Source: an uncultured Saprospiraceae bacterium
Lineage (GTDB): Bacteria > Bacteroidota > Bacteroidia > Chitinophagales > Saprospiraceae
Direction: 5' to 3'
Assembly (NCBI GenBank): GCA_905480595.1
Contig: CAJQQY010000201.1
Coordinates: forward strand, 1,482-65,481
DNA length: 64,000 nucleotides
A program made the position numbers and the translations under genes. The notes beneath the pieces were generated by a model. It did no database searches and was not told where the DNA came from. It worked only from the letters and a program-made list of their open reading frames with translations. Shown piece after piece: positions 1 to 9,092 of this stretch. Position 1 is the stretch's first letter, and each line of letters opens with the position of its first letter.

Positions 1-287
1 TCTGCTTCCTTTACCGTTTGAATCGCAACCGAAGTTCTTGCTTCTGCTACATTTAAAATCACAGGAACTCTTCCTGCACTAACATTCAATGCAGATTTTG
101 CGATGTCCTTTTTTTCATCGGCAGTCAAAGTACTTTGTTCGCCAAGACTTCCTGCTACGATGATTCCATCGACACCTGCATTAATTTGAGCATCGATTCC
201 TCTTTCGAAATTTTCGAAATCAATTGATTCGTCTTTGTTAAATTTTGTAGTTACCGCAGGGTAAACTCCATTCCAATCTACTTGCAT
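1..287 (-). CDS. DapA/HpaI-family class I aldolase (dihydrodipicolinate synthase family), N-terminal part; the gene runs off the left edge
   Basis: The reverse complement from ATG (285-287) translates to MQVDWNGVYPAVTTKFNKDESIDFENFERGIDAQINAGVDGIIVAGSLGEQSTLTADEKKDI... This is the typical N-terminus of DapA-family aldolases (GxxGE block). It is absent from the ORF track because it is truncated. Confidence 0.6.
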   Translation of the reverse strand, partial: MQVDWNGVYPAVTTKFNKDESIDFENFERGIDAQINAGVDGIIVAGSLGEQSTLTADEKKDIAKSALNVSAGRVPVILNVAEARTSVAIQTVKEA

Positions 288-460
288 GATTTTATTTTTT
301 TTATGAATTATATGTAGTCGTCTGCTCTAGCTTACTTTAATATTTTTACTTTTTCTAGATCAACTAAATTAGTTAGCTACACGATGCAAATGTAAAATAA
401 ATTCCACCTTCCTGTTTTTCAAATCATAGTTAAAACTGATACTATTTTACTCAAAAAACA

Positions 461-468
461 TAAATTTG
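461..468 (+). promoter_or_regulatory. Candidate Bacteroidota sigma-A -7 box (TAAATTTG; consensus TAnnTTTG) for the AraC-family gene
   Basis: Exact match to the TAnnTTTG consensus, 29 nt upstream of the ATG at 497. Confidence 0.3.
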
Positions 469-496
469 TAAATTCAAACTAAAAAATAGTACTATC

Positions 497-1363
497 ATGA
501 AGGTTTTACCTTTTAAAGTTCCAGTAAGTGATGAAACTTCATTTCGAATTCAAATAGATCGAATGAAATATTTTTATGATAAATTTCATCACCACCAGGA
601 AGTACAAATCACTTGGATTCAAAAAAGCTACGGCTCACTTTTGATGGGAAATACGATTGCAACTTTTGAAGAAAATGATTTGCTAGTCATTGGTGCGAAT
701 GTTCCTCATAGTTTTCAGAATGATGAAGTTTTTTATAAAAAAAGTAACAAGTATTCTGCAGAAGCAACTTCCATACTTTTTGACAAGAATGCTTTTGGGA
801 AATCTTTTTTCGATTTACCTGAAATGAAAACCATTAAAAATTTTATCAAAAATGCAGACAAGGGATATCGAATTACAGGAAAAACAAAAGAGGAAATTAT
901 TGCTCAGCTCAATTTAATTGAGGAAAAAAATGGAACTGAACGTTTTTTAATTCTAATGGAAATTTTAAATCGATTATCGATTTCGAAGGAAGTAGAATTC
1001 CTTACTAATTTAAGTTTTTTGGGAAATCCAACTTCTAGTGAAAGTAAAAAATTAGAAACTGTTTTTCAATATATGTTGGATCATCATCAGCAAACGATCA
1101 AGTTGGAAGAAGTCGCAAAAGTTGCCAACTTGAGTGTTTCCGCTTTTTGTCGTTTTTTTAAACTACGAACTCGAAAAACTTTTTCCCAATTCGTTAATGA
1201 GTTTCGAATTTCGGTGGCTTGCAAAAAATTATTGTTAGATGATTTTTCGATTTCGGAGGTTTGCTATGAGGTAGGATTTACAAATTTATCGAACTTCAAC
1301 CGACAGTTTAAAAAGATAACTGGATTTACTCCTTCGCAATATATAGTGAAACATGGGATGTGA
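497..1363 (+). CDS. AraC-family transcriptional regulator (cupin-like N-terminus plus C-terminal HTH_18)
   Basis: The C-terminus ...LEEVAKVANLSVSAFCRFFKLRTRKTFSQFVNEFRISVACKKLL...VGFTNLSNFNRQFKKITGFTPSQY is the AraC double-HTH signature. The gene is divergent from the aldolase gene. Confidence 0.85.
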   Translation: MKVLPFKVPVSDETSFRIQIDRMKYFYDKFHHHQEVQITWIQKSYGSLLMGNTIATFEENDLLVIGANVPHSFQNDEVFYKKSNKYSAEATSILFDKNAFGKSFFDLPEMKTIKNFIKNADKGYRITGKTKEEIIAQLNLIEEKNGTERFLILMEILNRLSISKEVEFLTNLSFLGNPTSSESKKLETVFQYMLDHHQQTIKLEEVAKVANLSVSAFCRFFKLRTRKTFSQFVNEFRISVACKKLLLDDFSISEVCYEVGFTNLSNFNRQFKKITGFTPSQYIVKHGM

Positions 1364-1367
1364 ATTT

Positions 1368-2783
1368 TTAATATTTCACCCGAATCAATTTCATTTTGCT
1401 TCTCGAAACACTAGGCACTACAAACTCACGAGATCCCACTTGCAACGCTTCTGAAAATCGTAATTGAATTCGTTGGTCGTCAGTACTAAGCACACTATTT
1501 CTATCCAATTCGCCACTACCTTTCACTACATATTCACTTACTGTATTTTCAGGTTTGATTTCATCATTAAAAATGAAACGAAGATTGGAAGGTGTTTTTA
1601 ATAAAAAATAAGATGAATACGCTGCATAATCACCTTGCGAATATTGCTTTTTATGTAAGACATTTTTCCAATGAGTTTTTCCATCTGGATGAATCGAAAA
1701 AACAATCACATCATCAAAATAATAATCAATAATCATTCTATTATTGAAATTGGATCCATGCGTTCCCATTCCTCCTCTTTCCAAAATTCGATTCCGTTCC
1801 AATATCATCAAAATTCCTCCGTCCAATCGATGAACAATTTCTTGAACATCCAAATCCGCAATTCCTTTTTCAACATCTGCTTTTTTCCCTAATAGTTTAT
1901 CTACTACTTTATTATCAAACCCTTCAAATGTAAGGGTGTGATTTTCATGACCACTTGAGGGAATATTCATAAAAAAATATCCATTGGCTCTTCCTCTATT
2001 TTTATTAGAATACAATCCGGCCGCAGTCAAATTTTTGTTCTTATTATCATAAGAAAAAAGAATATCATAGGTCAAGTAACCTTGCATAGAAATATTAAAA
2101 AAAACATATTTATTATCCGATGTTACTTGATGAACTTCATAGAGATGTTTTTCTCTTTGATTTTTTTTATTGTCTTTTTGTAACATGACAAAAAGACTTC
2201 CATCGTTACTTAGTACTATTTGGTTAAACTTATCAGAATAAGCCATGTCTTTGGGTTCAATTCTTCTTTCCCAAAGTATTTTCATCGTTTCTAAATCATA
2301 GACAAGTGCTTCCAATTTTTTCTGGTCTTTGACATGATAAATCAAAACCTTCGTTTTGTCTTCTGATCGAATAACTTTAAACCCCGGAGTTAAAACATTA
2401 GAATAAACTTTAATTGTGGTAGTATCCAGCAAGTTGGCAGCAGGACTGAATCGACTTAATAATAAATTTAATTTCCTCTTTTTTCGGCAAGTATAAATAA
2501 CTGAAAAATCATCTTTGGTAGGAACAATTCCTAAAACAGTTGATCGCCTTTTTTCTAACTCAATTTCTTTTTCCCATGTCGCATATAAATCCTTATCAAA
2601 AGCTTTGATTTCAAATTCCAATCCTTTGTTATGAAAAACTAAATATTGGTTTTTCATTTTTCCAATAAAATCATAGGTATCATCTGATCGAACATCAACA
2701 GGATCTGAGACAGTTACATTTTGGGAAAAACAATTCCAACTGAGAATTAGTAAAAGTATTGTTATAAAAAATTTCATATTCAA
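1368..2783 (-). CDS. Hypothetical secreted protein (signal peptide, no recognised domain)
   Basis: 471-aa ORF with a hydrophobic N-terminus (MNMKFFITILLLILSWNCFSQ) and normal amino-acid composition. Confidence 0.6.
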   Translation of the reverse strand: MNMKFFITILLLILSWNCFSQNVTVSDPVDVRSDDTYDFIGKMKNQYLVFHNKGLEFEIKAFDKDLYATWEKEIELEKRRSTVLGIVPTKDDFSVIYTCRKKRKLNLLLSRFSPAANLLDTTTIKVYSNVLTPGFKVIRSEDKTKVLIYHVKDQKKLEALVYDLETMKILWERRIEPKDMAYSDKFNQIVLSNDGSLFVMLQKDNKKNQREKHLYEVHQVTSDNKYVFFNISMQGYLTYDILFSYDNKNKNLTAAGLYSNKNRGRANGYFFMNIPSSGHENHTLTFEGFDNKVVDKLLGKKADVEKGIADLDVQEIVHRLDGGILMILERNRILERGGMGTHGSNFNNRMIIDYYFDDVIVFSIHPDGKTHWKNVLHKKQYSQGDYAAYSSYFLLKTPSNLRFIFNDEIKPENTVSEYVVKGSGELDRNSVLSTDDQRIQLRFSEALQVGSREFVVPSVSRSKMKLIRVKY

Positions 2784-2861
2784 TTATTTTTTGAGTGTTG
2801 AGTCAATTAGTGATGAGTTTTCGGGACATTCATCATACATAGTTCATCACTAATTAACTCT

Positions 2862-4148
2862 CTATTTCAACGATGCAGCCAAGGCATTTAAATCAATTCG
2901 CTCTTTTTCAATTTTCAAAGAATCTGCAATTCGTTGAAGTATATTTACAACATCTTCAGACTTATCATTGTTCGTAACCACTCCATACAAACTTAATATT
3001 CTGTCTCCACAAATGAAAGAAATATAATGTTCCTCTTGAACGGTTCGTGGCTTTTGGTCGGCTTCTTGACTACTTGGTGATGCAAATTGCCAATGGATAA
3101 AATCTTTTCCCGAAGCATTTTTCTTGACCTCCTTTTTTACATCGATTTCGAATTTTGTAGCTGACTGAATGTAGGCAGATTCTTTATCGACGAATTGCTC
3201 TAGTTTTTCAATGTCATTCTGTACTATATTATTTTTATCAAAAAATAAGGAAGAAGGTTGATTAAAAATTTGTACCAAATCTCCTTCTACGATAAATGTA
3301 ATCTCATCTGCTTTTCTAGCTTTGACAGAAGTTCCTGAAATTTTTAATGTGAAAAAATCATTCATTTCATTGAAAACTTGCAAATAACCATCGCCTGTAA
3401 AAATAGTTCCGCTGAGGTAATTTTTAGATTCTATTAATTTTCCAAAATCATGTTTTTCCTCTTTGATGAGTTGTCCTTTTTTTGTCCAATTATAAGATTT
3501 ACCATCAGGTTTATCTTCTCGAAAAGAACCTTCAAAAAACTTTTCACCATTTTCAAACCACTCAGTCGTCAAACCATCTTTTAGTCCATTTTTGAAATTA
3601 CTTTCTTTCTTTAGTTTACCAGAAAGGAACCACATTTTGACTAGACCTTGTGCTAAACCATTTTCAAAGTTTACTATTTGATCAATTTGTCCTTCGTCAA
3701 AATACCATTTGTGTTCTCCTTGTTCCTTGCCACTTTTGAAAATGCCTTCCGATTTTTTTTGTCCGTTTTTATACCACTCGGTTGCTATGCCTTCTACTTT
3801 TCCATTGACATAACTTAGTTCTACTTGTTTCTCTCCTTCAGGGTACCATTGTTTTTCTTTTCCATTTGGAACGCCCATCGTGAAGTGTCTTTCTAAAACT
3901 TTTTTTCCTTTGTCCGACCATTCTTTTGAAACGCCATGAATCTTTCCATCTTTGATCGGCATCTCCATTCTTTTTTTACCATTTGGAAATTTATCGAAAG
4001 CAGTTCCTGAATATGGTTTGATCGTATTTGGTTGAAAATATAACCCTCTGATGACATCAAGCTCATAAAAATTAATACGTTTTTTTTGTTGGGCTTGAGC
4101 TTGAAAAACTAATAGGTTGATGAGAATTAAAAGTATCCATTTTTGCAT
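2862..4148 (-). CDS. MORN-variant / YwqK-family repeat protein with an uncharacterised C-terminal domain, secreted
   Basis: Signal peptide, then repeated G-K-x-x-G-x-x-x-x-W-Y/F-x-N-G units (e.g. NGKVEGIATEWYKNGQKK, KDGLTTEWFENGEK). Confidence 0.7.
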   Translation of the reverse strand: MQKWILLILINLLVFQAQAQQKKRINFYELDVIRGLYFQPNTIKPYSGTAFDKFPNGKKRMEMPIKDGKIHGVSKEWSDKGKKVLERHFTMGVPNGKEKQWYPEGEKQVELSYVNGKVEGIATEWYKNGQKKSEGIFKSGKEQGEHKWYFDEGQIDQIVNFENGLAQGLVKMWFLSGKLKKESNFKNGLKDGLTTEWFENGEKFFEGSFREDKPDGKSYNWTKKGQLIKEEKHDFGKLIESKNYLSGTIFTGDGYLQVFNEMNDFFTLKISGTSVKARKADEITFIVEGDLVQIFNQPSSLFFDKNNIVQNDIEKLEQFVDKESAYIQSATKFEIDVKKEVKKNASGKDFIHWQFASPSSQEADQKPRTVQEEHYISFICGDRILSLYGVVTNNDKSEDVVNILQRIADSLKIEKERIDLNALAASLK

Positions 4149-4384
4149 TGTCCTAATCTTTGTTTTTTATTCATAGATAAATCCTGTTTTCTATGAACGG
4201 TTTTTTTTAAAAATTACATATCTAAAACTTCTTCCTTATAATTACGATAAATAAAGTAAAGTGATGCCACAATGAAACGAATTTTTTCCTTTTTTTAATA
4301 TAATCCTCTATTTTCACCGACGAGTTTTTTAACCTAAATGGTTATTCTTTTTTATTAAAAAATAATTTTAATCTAACTGAAGAA

Positions 4385-6073
4385 ATGAGTAAAAAACAAT
4401 TGATCGAATGTGTCCCTAATTTTAGTGAAGGGCGAGACATGAATATCATCAAACAAATCACCGATGAAATCGAAAGCGTGGATGGTGTAAAATTATTGGA
4501 CGTAGATCCAGGTATGGCAACAAATAGAACTGTTGTCACTTTTGTAGGCGAACCTGAACCAGTTATTGAAGCTGCATTTTTGGCAATCAAAAAAGCAAGT
4601 GAAATTATAGATATGAGCAAACAAACTGGTGAACATCCACGAATGGGTGCAACTGATGTTTGCCCGCTAATTCCGATTGCCAATATCAGTATGGATGAGG
4701 TGGTAAAGTATGCACATAAATTAGCGAAGCATGCTGCGCAAAATTTGGACATCCCATTTTATATGTACGAAGCTGCAGCAACAAAAAAGGATAGAAAAAA
4801 TTTAGCAACCATTCGTTCAGGTGAGTACGAAGGCCTTCCTGAGAAATTAAAAGACCCTCATTGGAAACCAGATTATGGTCCAGCTCATTTTAATCCACGA
4901 GCTGGTGCGACTGTCATTGGAGCGCGAGATTTTTTGATTGCATACAATGTGAACTTGAATACAACGTCAGTTCGTCGAGCCAATTCTGTTGCTTTTGATA
5001 TTCGAGAAAAAGGAAGAATTAAACGAAAAGGAAATCCAATTACAGGTGATATTCTAAATGATAAAAATGGCAACCCACAAAGATCGAAAGGAATGTGTAA
5101 AGGTGTAAAAGCTATCGGTTGGTATATTGAAGAATATGAGATTGCACAAATTTCGATGAATATTACTAATATAAATGTGACTCCTTTACATGCTGCTTTT
5201 GAAGCAACTAATAAAAGTGCAACGAAGCGAGGCTTGCGAGTAACTGGTTCTGAATTAGTTGGGTTAGTTCCATTAAAAGTAATGCTAGATGCGGGGAAAT
5301 ATTTTTTAAAAAAACAAAATAGATCCGTTGGAGTTTCTGAAGAGGAGTTGATAAAAATTGCAGTTAAGAGTTTAGGATTAGATGAGTTGGGAGAATTTGA
5401 TGCTCACAAAAAGATCATTGAATATCAATTGGAAAGTCCTGAGTCGGCACATTTGTTGAACTTGAATTTGAGAGAGTTTGCCAATGAAACTGCTTCTGAA
5501 AGTCCAGCTCCTGGCGGAGGTTCTATTTCAGCTTATGTTGGCTCGTTGGGGATTTCATTAGCTGCAATGGTTGCTAACCTTTCTTCTCACAAACGAGGTT
5601 GGGATGATCGATGGGAAGAATTTTCGGATTGGGCGGAGCAAGCTCAAATATTGAAAGATCAATTATTAAGATTAGTTGATGAAGATACTAATTCCTTCAA
5701 TGCAATTATGGATGCCATTCGATTGCCAAAAGGAACTGCCGCAGAAAAAACTACTCGGTCGCAAGCTATTCAAGATTCTACTCGCTACGCCATTGAAGTT
5801 CCATTGAAGGTAATGGAAACTTCTATGCAAACTTATCCAATCATTAAAGCAATGGCTGAAGTGGGAAATCCAAACTCAGTAACTGATGCTGGTGTTGGTG
5901 CACTTTGTGTGAGAGCTGCGGTGCATGGTGCATTTTTAAATGTAAAAATAAACACAGGCGGATTGAAGGATAAAAAGTTTGTAACTGATGTTTTGAAAAA
6001 AGGAAAACAGATGATTCAAAAAGCAGATAAGCTAGAAAAAGAAATTATGAAAATTGTGAATAGTAAGATTTAA
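4385..6073 (+). CDS. ftcD: Bifunctional glutamate formimidoyltransferase / formimidoyltetrahydrofolate cyclodeaminase (FTCD-like fusion)
   Basis: The N-terminus MSKKQLIECVPNFSEGRD carries the formiminotransferase hallmark (CVPNFSEGR). The 562-aa length and helical C-terminal part (ESPAPGGGSISAYVGSLG...) match the cyclodeaminase domain. Confidence 0.85.
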   Translation: MSKKQLIECVPNFSEGRDMNIIKQITDEIESVDGVKLLDVDPGMATNRTVVTFVGEPEPVIEAAFLAIKKASEIIDMSKQTGEHPRMGATDVCPLIPIANISMDEVVKYAHKLAKHAAQNLDIPFYMYEAAATKKDRKNLATIRSGEYEGLPEKLKDPHWKPDYGPAHFNPRAGATVIGARDFLIAYNVNLNTTSVRRANSVAFDIREKGRIKRKGNPITGDILNDKNGNPQRSKGMCKGVKAIGWYIEEYEIAQISMNITNINVTPLHAAFEATNKSATKRGLRVTGSELVGLVPLKVMLDAGKYFLKKQNRSVGVSEEELIKIAVKSLGLDELGEFDAHKKIIEYQLESPESAHLLNLNLREFANETASESPAPGGGSISAYVGSLGISLAAMVANLSSHKRGWDDRWEEFSDWAEQAQILKDQLLRLVDEDTNSFNAIMDAIRLPKGTAAEKTTRSQAIQDSTRYAIEVPLKVMETSMQTYPIIKAMAEVGNPNSVTDAGVGALCVRAAVHGAFLNVKINTGGLKDKKFVTDVLKKGKQMIQKADKLEKEIMKIVNSKI

Positions 6074-6087
6074 CCTTTTATAAAATT

Positions 6088-6120
6088 AGCGTTGTTATCA
6101 CTTTGAGCGATAACAACGCT
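6088..6120 (+). terminator. Hairpin after ftcD (12-bp perfect stem AGCGTTGTTATC / GATAACAACGCT)
   Basis: Perfect inverted repeat 6088-6099 / 6109-6120, 15 nt after the stop. The T-tract is weak. Confidence 0.5.
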
Positions 6121-6164
6121 TCTTCCTAAAAATCATTTCAGAGAATTTTAAAAATGAAATCAAC

Positions 6165-7340
6165 ATGAGATTAATCCTTCTTACCTTATTTATTTTTATC
6201 TCATCTAGCATAAGTGCTCAAGAAACTTATAGCTATATCAACGAGAGAACTTTTCAAGATCCAACAGATTTAATTGGTTACAATTTTAAGCCATTCAAAA
6301 TGGAAATCCCTGGCGACTATGATCCTACGATGATCGAAGCTGGCATCTATTCCTTTGGGGTGACACGAAGTAGATTGTATGTAAATGGTAGTCGAGATAT
6401 TGCAGGTTTGTATGAAGTAAATAACATTGAACCTACCAATTATGGATATCGAATTTTATTATTGAATCCTAGAAATCCATCTAATCGTGGTCACCTAAAA
6501 GTAATTTTAACTAAATATGGTGAAGCGGAAGCTGTTGTTTTTAAAAAAGACAGTAAAGCACAAGAGGTTATTTTTCATTTACCGGATGCTAAAAAAAGTG
6601 TTTTAAATCAAGAGAAAAAATACTTTACTGATCTTGGAGAAAAAACTGTTGAGCATTCAGATAGTTTGTGGGGAGAACAATTTTTCCCATACATCAGAGT
6701 AGATCAACAAGCTAGTATTCAAGGACGAATATATGAAGCAGATAGTATGAGTATTTCTTTTGAAGAAGTAATTACAATTAAGGAAAAAACGAAAAAGAAG
6801 AAAAAGAAAAAAGTGAAGAAGCCTAAAAAGAAAAAAACGAAAAAGAAGCGTAAAAAGCGAAAAGAAAAAGTAGTGGAAGAGGAAGAAGAAGAGTGGGGCT
6901 CTATAGCTGAAATGAATGCCGCAATGGAGAAGGAAGAGGAAGAGGCGAAAAAAGTAGAAGAAGTAGTTGAAGAAGAAAAAGCACCAATCGAAGAAGTTCA
7001 AGAAGAATTGGAGAAAGAGGAAATAGATGAAGCTGCCGCTCCTGCTCCTCAACCTGAAGAAGAAGAAGTTGTGGTAAAAAGAAAAGTCACTAAGACGTAC
7101 TTCGTAAAAGTTAAAACGATATTGAAAAAAGAAGATGGAACTACTGAAGAAAAAAACTTTAGCTATCCTGTAAAAGGCATTGAAGAGAGAGAAGATTCTT
7201 CTGCTAAAAAAGGGAAGGAGCAATTCCAATTGGCAATCAAATCTGGCAGAAAAAAAGAGCTTTATTTATATTTGAATAGAGATCGAACAGTAAGTTCTAT
7301 GGAAATTGATGGAGTAAAATATTTGATGCGAGGTCATTAA
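6165..7340 (+). CDS. Secreted hypothetical protein with a poly-Lys block followed by a poly-Glu block
   Basis: Signal peptide MRLILLTLFIFISSSISAQ. The central segment reads KEKTKKKKKKKVKKPKKKKTKKKRKKRKEK, then VVEEEEEEW...EKEEEEAKKVEEVVEEEK...; both flanks look like ordinary globular sequence. Confidence 0.65.
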   Translation: MRLILLTLFIFISSSISAQETYSYINERTFQDPTDLIGYNFKPFKMEIPGDYDPTMIEAGIYSFGVTRSRLYVNGSRDIAGLYEVNNIEPTNYGYRILLLNPRNPSNRGHLKVILTKYGEAEAVVFKKDSKAQEVIFHLPDAKKSVLNQEKKYFTDLGEKTVEHSDSLWGEQFFPYIRVDQQASIQGRIYEADSMSISFEEVITIKEKTKKKKKKKVKKPKKKKTKKKRKKRKEKVVEEEEEEWGSIAEMNAAMEKEEEEAKKVEEVVEEEKAPIEEVQEELEKEEIDEAAAPAPQPEEEEVVVKRKVTKTYFVKVKTILKKEDGTTEEKNFSYPVKGIEEREDSSAKKGKEQFQLAIKSGRKKELYLYLNRDRTVSSMEIDGVKYLMRGH

Positions 7341-7363
7341 TTTTTTTACAAAAAGAGCAAAAC

Positions 7364-7399
7364 AAAAAAAGGCTATCAGAATTATCTGATAGCCTTTTT
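7364..7399. terminator. Bidirectional intrinsic terminator between convergent genes
   Basis: Stem GGCTATCAG (7371-7379) / CTGATAGCC (7386-7394), flanked by an A-run and a T-run. Confidence 0.75.
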
Positions 7400-7423
7400 G
7401 GTTTTATACTGATTAGGTTAATA

Positions 7424-8134
7424 TTACTTTCCTGGAATCAATAATACTTTTCCTCTTCGAATCATATCACTTTTTAAGTTGTTGATTTTTTTCAAATCTG
7501 CAACTGTCACTTTGTATTTTTTAGCAACGTGAGAAAGTGTTTCATTCCTAACAACTTTGTGAGATTCAAGAGGAAGAACTAATTCTTGTCCAATCGTAAT
7601 ATCATCATTACTCAATTTATTAGCGGTTTTCAATTCACTAACTGTCAAATCATATCGATCAGCAATTCTAAAAAGATTTTCTTTTGTATTCACAACATGC
7701 ATAGCTGTATATACTTCTCCACCTTTAGCTGTAAATTCTGAAGAAGCGGGAATATCTTTTGGTGCCCCAACAGTAGCTGGCTTTAATTTAATTTCTTGAC
7801 TTGGGCGAATTTTATTCGAAGTTAATTTATTCCAACTTTTTAATTCCTTAGCAGTCACATTGTATTTTTGGCCAATTTTATATAATGTTTCACCTCCACC
7901 TACAATGTGAACATCTTTTTTAGGAATTTCTAAAACTTGTCCATTCAAAATTTTATCGCCTTTAAGTTTATTTACTTTTTTTAACTCATTGATGTCAACG
8001 TCATATTGTTTGGCAATTTGATTAAGATTTTCTTTTGCAACAACAGTATGCTTCAATGCATTTTGTTGAGCTGTAGAAATAGTTGAAAAGCTGATCAAGA
8101 AAAGTGTGGTTAATACTAGTGAAAGAATTCTCAT
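7424..8134 (-). CDS. Secreted protein with four LysM peptidoglycan-binding repeats
   Basis: Signal peptide plus four repeats of the LysM pattern (H.V...E.L..IA..Y.V....L...N.L....I..GQ.L.IP). Confidence 0.85.
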   Translation of the reverse strand: MRILSLVLTTLFLISFSTISTAQQNALKHTVVAKENLNQIAKQYDVDINELKKVNKLKGDKILNGQVLEIPKKDVHIVGGGETLYKIGQKYNVTAKELKSWNKLTSNKIRPSQEIKLKPATVGAPKDIPASSEFTAKGGEVYTAMHVVNTKENLFRIADRYDLTVSELKTANKLSNDDITIGQELVLPLESHKVVRNETLSHVAKKYKVTVADLKKINNLKSDMIRRGKVLLIPGK

Positions 8135-8260
8135 TTCGTAATTTTTTTAGGTTTGTTTAAAATTAATGTCTGTTTGAAAAATCAAGTTATAGCTTTTTGT
8201 TAAAAATATCCTTTTTTAACGTATTTGATTTTAAAAAAATTTTATATCCTTTTTATCAGA

Positions 8261-8300
8261 AAAAAAGTAAGGACTACATTTTAAGTGTAGTCCTTTTTAT
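8261..8300. terminator. Intrinsic terminator after the LytTR regulator gene
   Basis: Stem AAGGACTACA (8269-8278) / TGTAGTCCTT (8286-8295), with T-runs on both strands. Confidence 0.7.
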
Positions 8301-8324
8301 TTTTTATTAAATTATTTTTACAAG

Positions 8325-9062
8325 CTATAACATTTTTAATAATTTCTCTTTCCTATTTCGAGCCACAGGAAGTGTTCGTCCATCTGACAAAAGTAAATAT
8401 CCACCTTCTGTTCGAACATATTCTTTGATATGTGAAAGATTAACTAAGTGAGAATTATGTACTCGATAAAATCCATGATCTTGCAACCATGTTTCTACAT
8501 CTTTGAGTGTTCGAGAAATCAATTTTTTCCTTCCTCCTTCTAAGTATATCATGGTATAATTACTTTCGGAGCTACACAAAATAATATCTTTCGGTAATAC
8601 ATATTCGATACTTTCTTTAGTTGCTAAAGCAATCCGATTTGATTTTGGAGTAGAATCATCAATGGTCGAGGTTATTGTTTTTTGTTCTGAATTTTCAAGT
8701 TCTTTCTTCTGTTTAAATTTTTCAATAGCCGCTTTAAGTTCTTGATTTTGGATTGGCTTCAACAAATAATCCAAGACATTTGCTTTGACTGCTCTAATCC
8801 CAAATTCATCGTAAGCAGTAATCAATATTACCTCAAATAATACAGGCTGTGGCAATTCCTCCAATACTTCAAAACCATTAAGTCGAGGCATCTCAACATC
8901 CAAAAAAAGAAGATCAGGTGGATTTTCTTTGATAAACTCTAAAGCCTCCATTGAATCTGTAAATTGTTTTACTATCTCAATCTCAGGACAAAATTTTTCT
9001 AACTTCCAGGCAAGAGTGGCTACAGAATGTTTTTCATCATCGAGGATAATTGCGTGTATCAT
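8325..9062 (-). CDS. LytR/AlgR-family response regulator (REC plus LytTR DNA-binding domain)
   Basis: The N-terminus ...ILDDE...DLLFLDVEMPRLNGFE... is a receiver domain. The C-terminus ...FYRVHNSHLVNLSHI... is LytTR. The gene lies directly downstream of the kinase gene. Confidence 0.9.
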   Translation of the reverse strand: MIHAIILDDEKHSVATLAWKLEKFCPEIEIVKQFTDSMEALEFIKENPPDLLFLDVEMPRLNGFEVLEELPQPVLFEVILITAYDEFGIRAVKANVLDYLLKPIQNQELKAAIEKFKQKKELENSEQKTITSTIDDSTPKSNRIALATKESIEYVLPKDIILCSSESNYTMIYLEGGRKKLISRTLKDVETWLQDHGFYRVHNSHLVNLSHIKEYVRTEGGYLLLSDGRTLPVARNRKEKLLKML

Positions 9063-9092
9063 TTTTCTAGTAGTTTGTTTTCAAGATTATTT

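Noticed and set aside
2805-2855. 12-bp perfect inverted repeat AATTAGTGATGA / TCATCACTAATT with a 27-nt loop, considered as a terminator
   Set aside because: The loop is long and there is no adjacent T-run on the relevant strand. It may still be a protein-binding site, but I cannot support a specific call.
4342-4752. 136-aa minus-strand ORF overlapping the start of ftcD
   Set aside because: The plus-strand frame carries the unmistakable CVPNFSEGR formiminotransferase N-terminus. The antisense ORF has no features of its own.
6657-7229. 190-aa minus-strand ORF antisense to the Lys/Glu-rich gene
   Set aside because: It is the mirror translation of a homopurine tract (F/L/S-rich, no structure-like composition). 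The sense-strand gene has a signal peptide and ordinary flanking domains.
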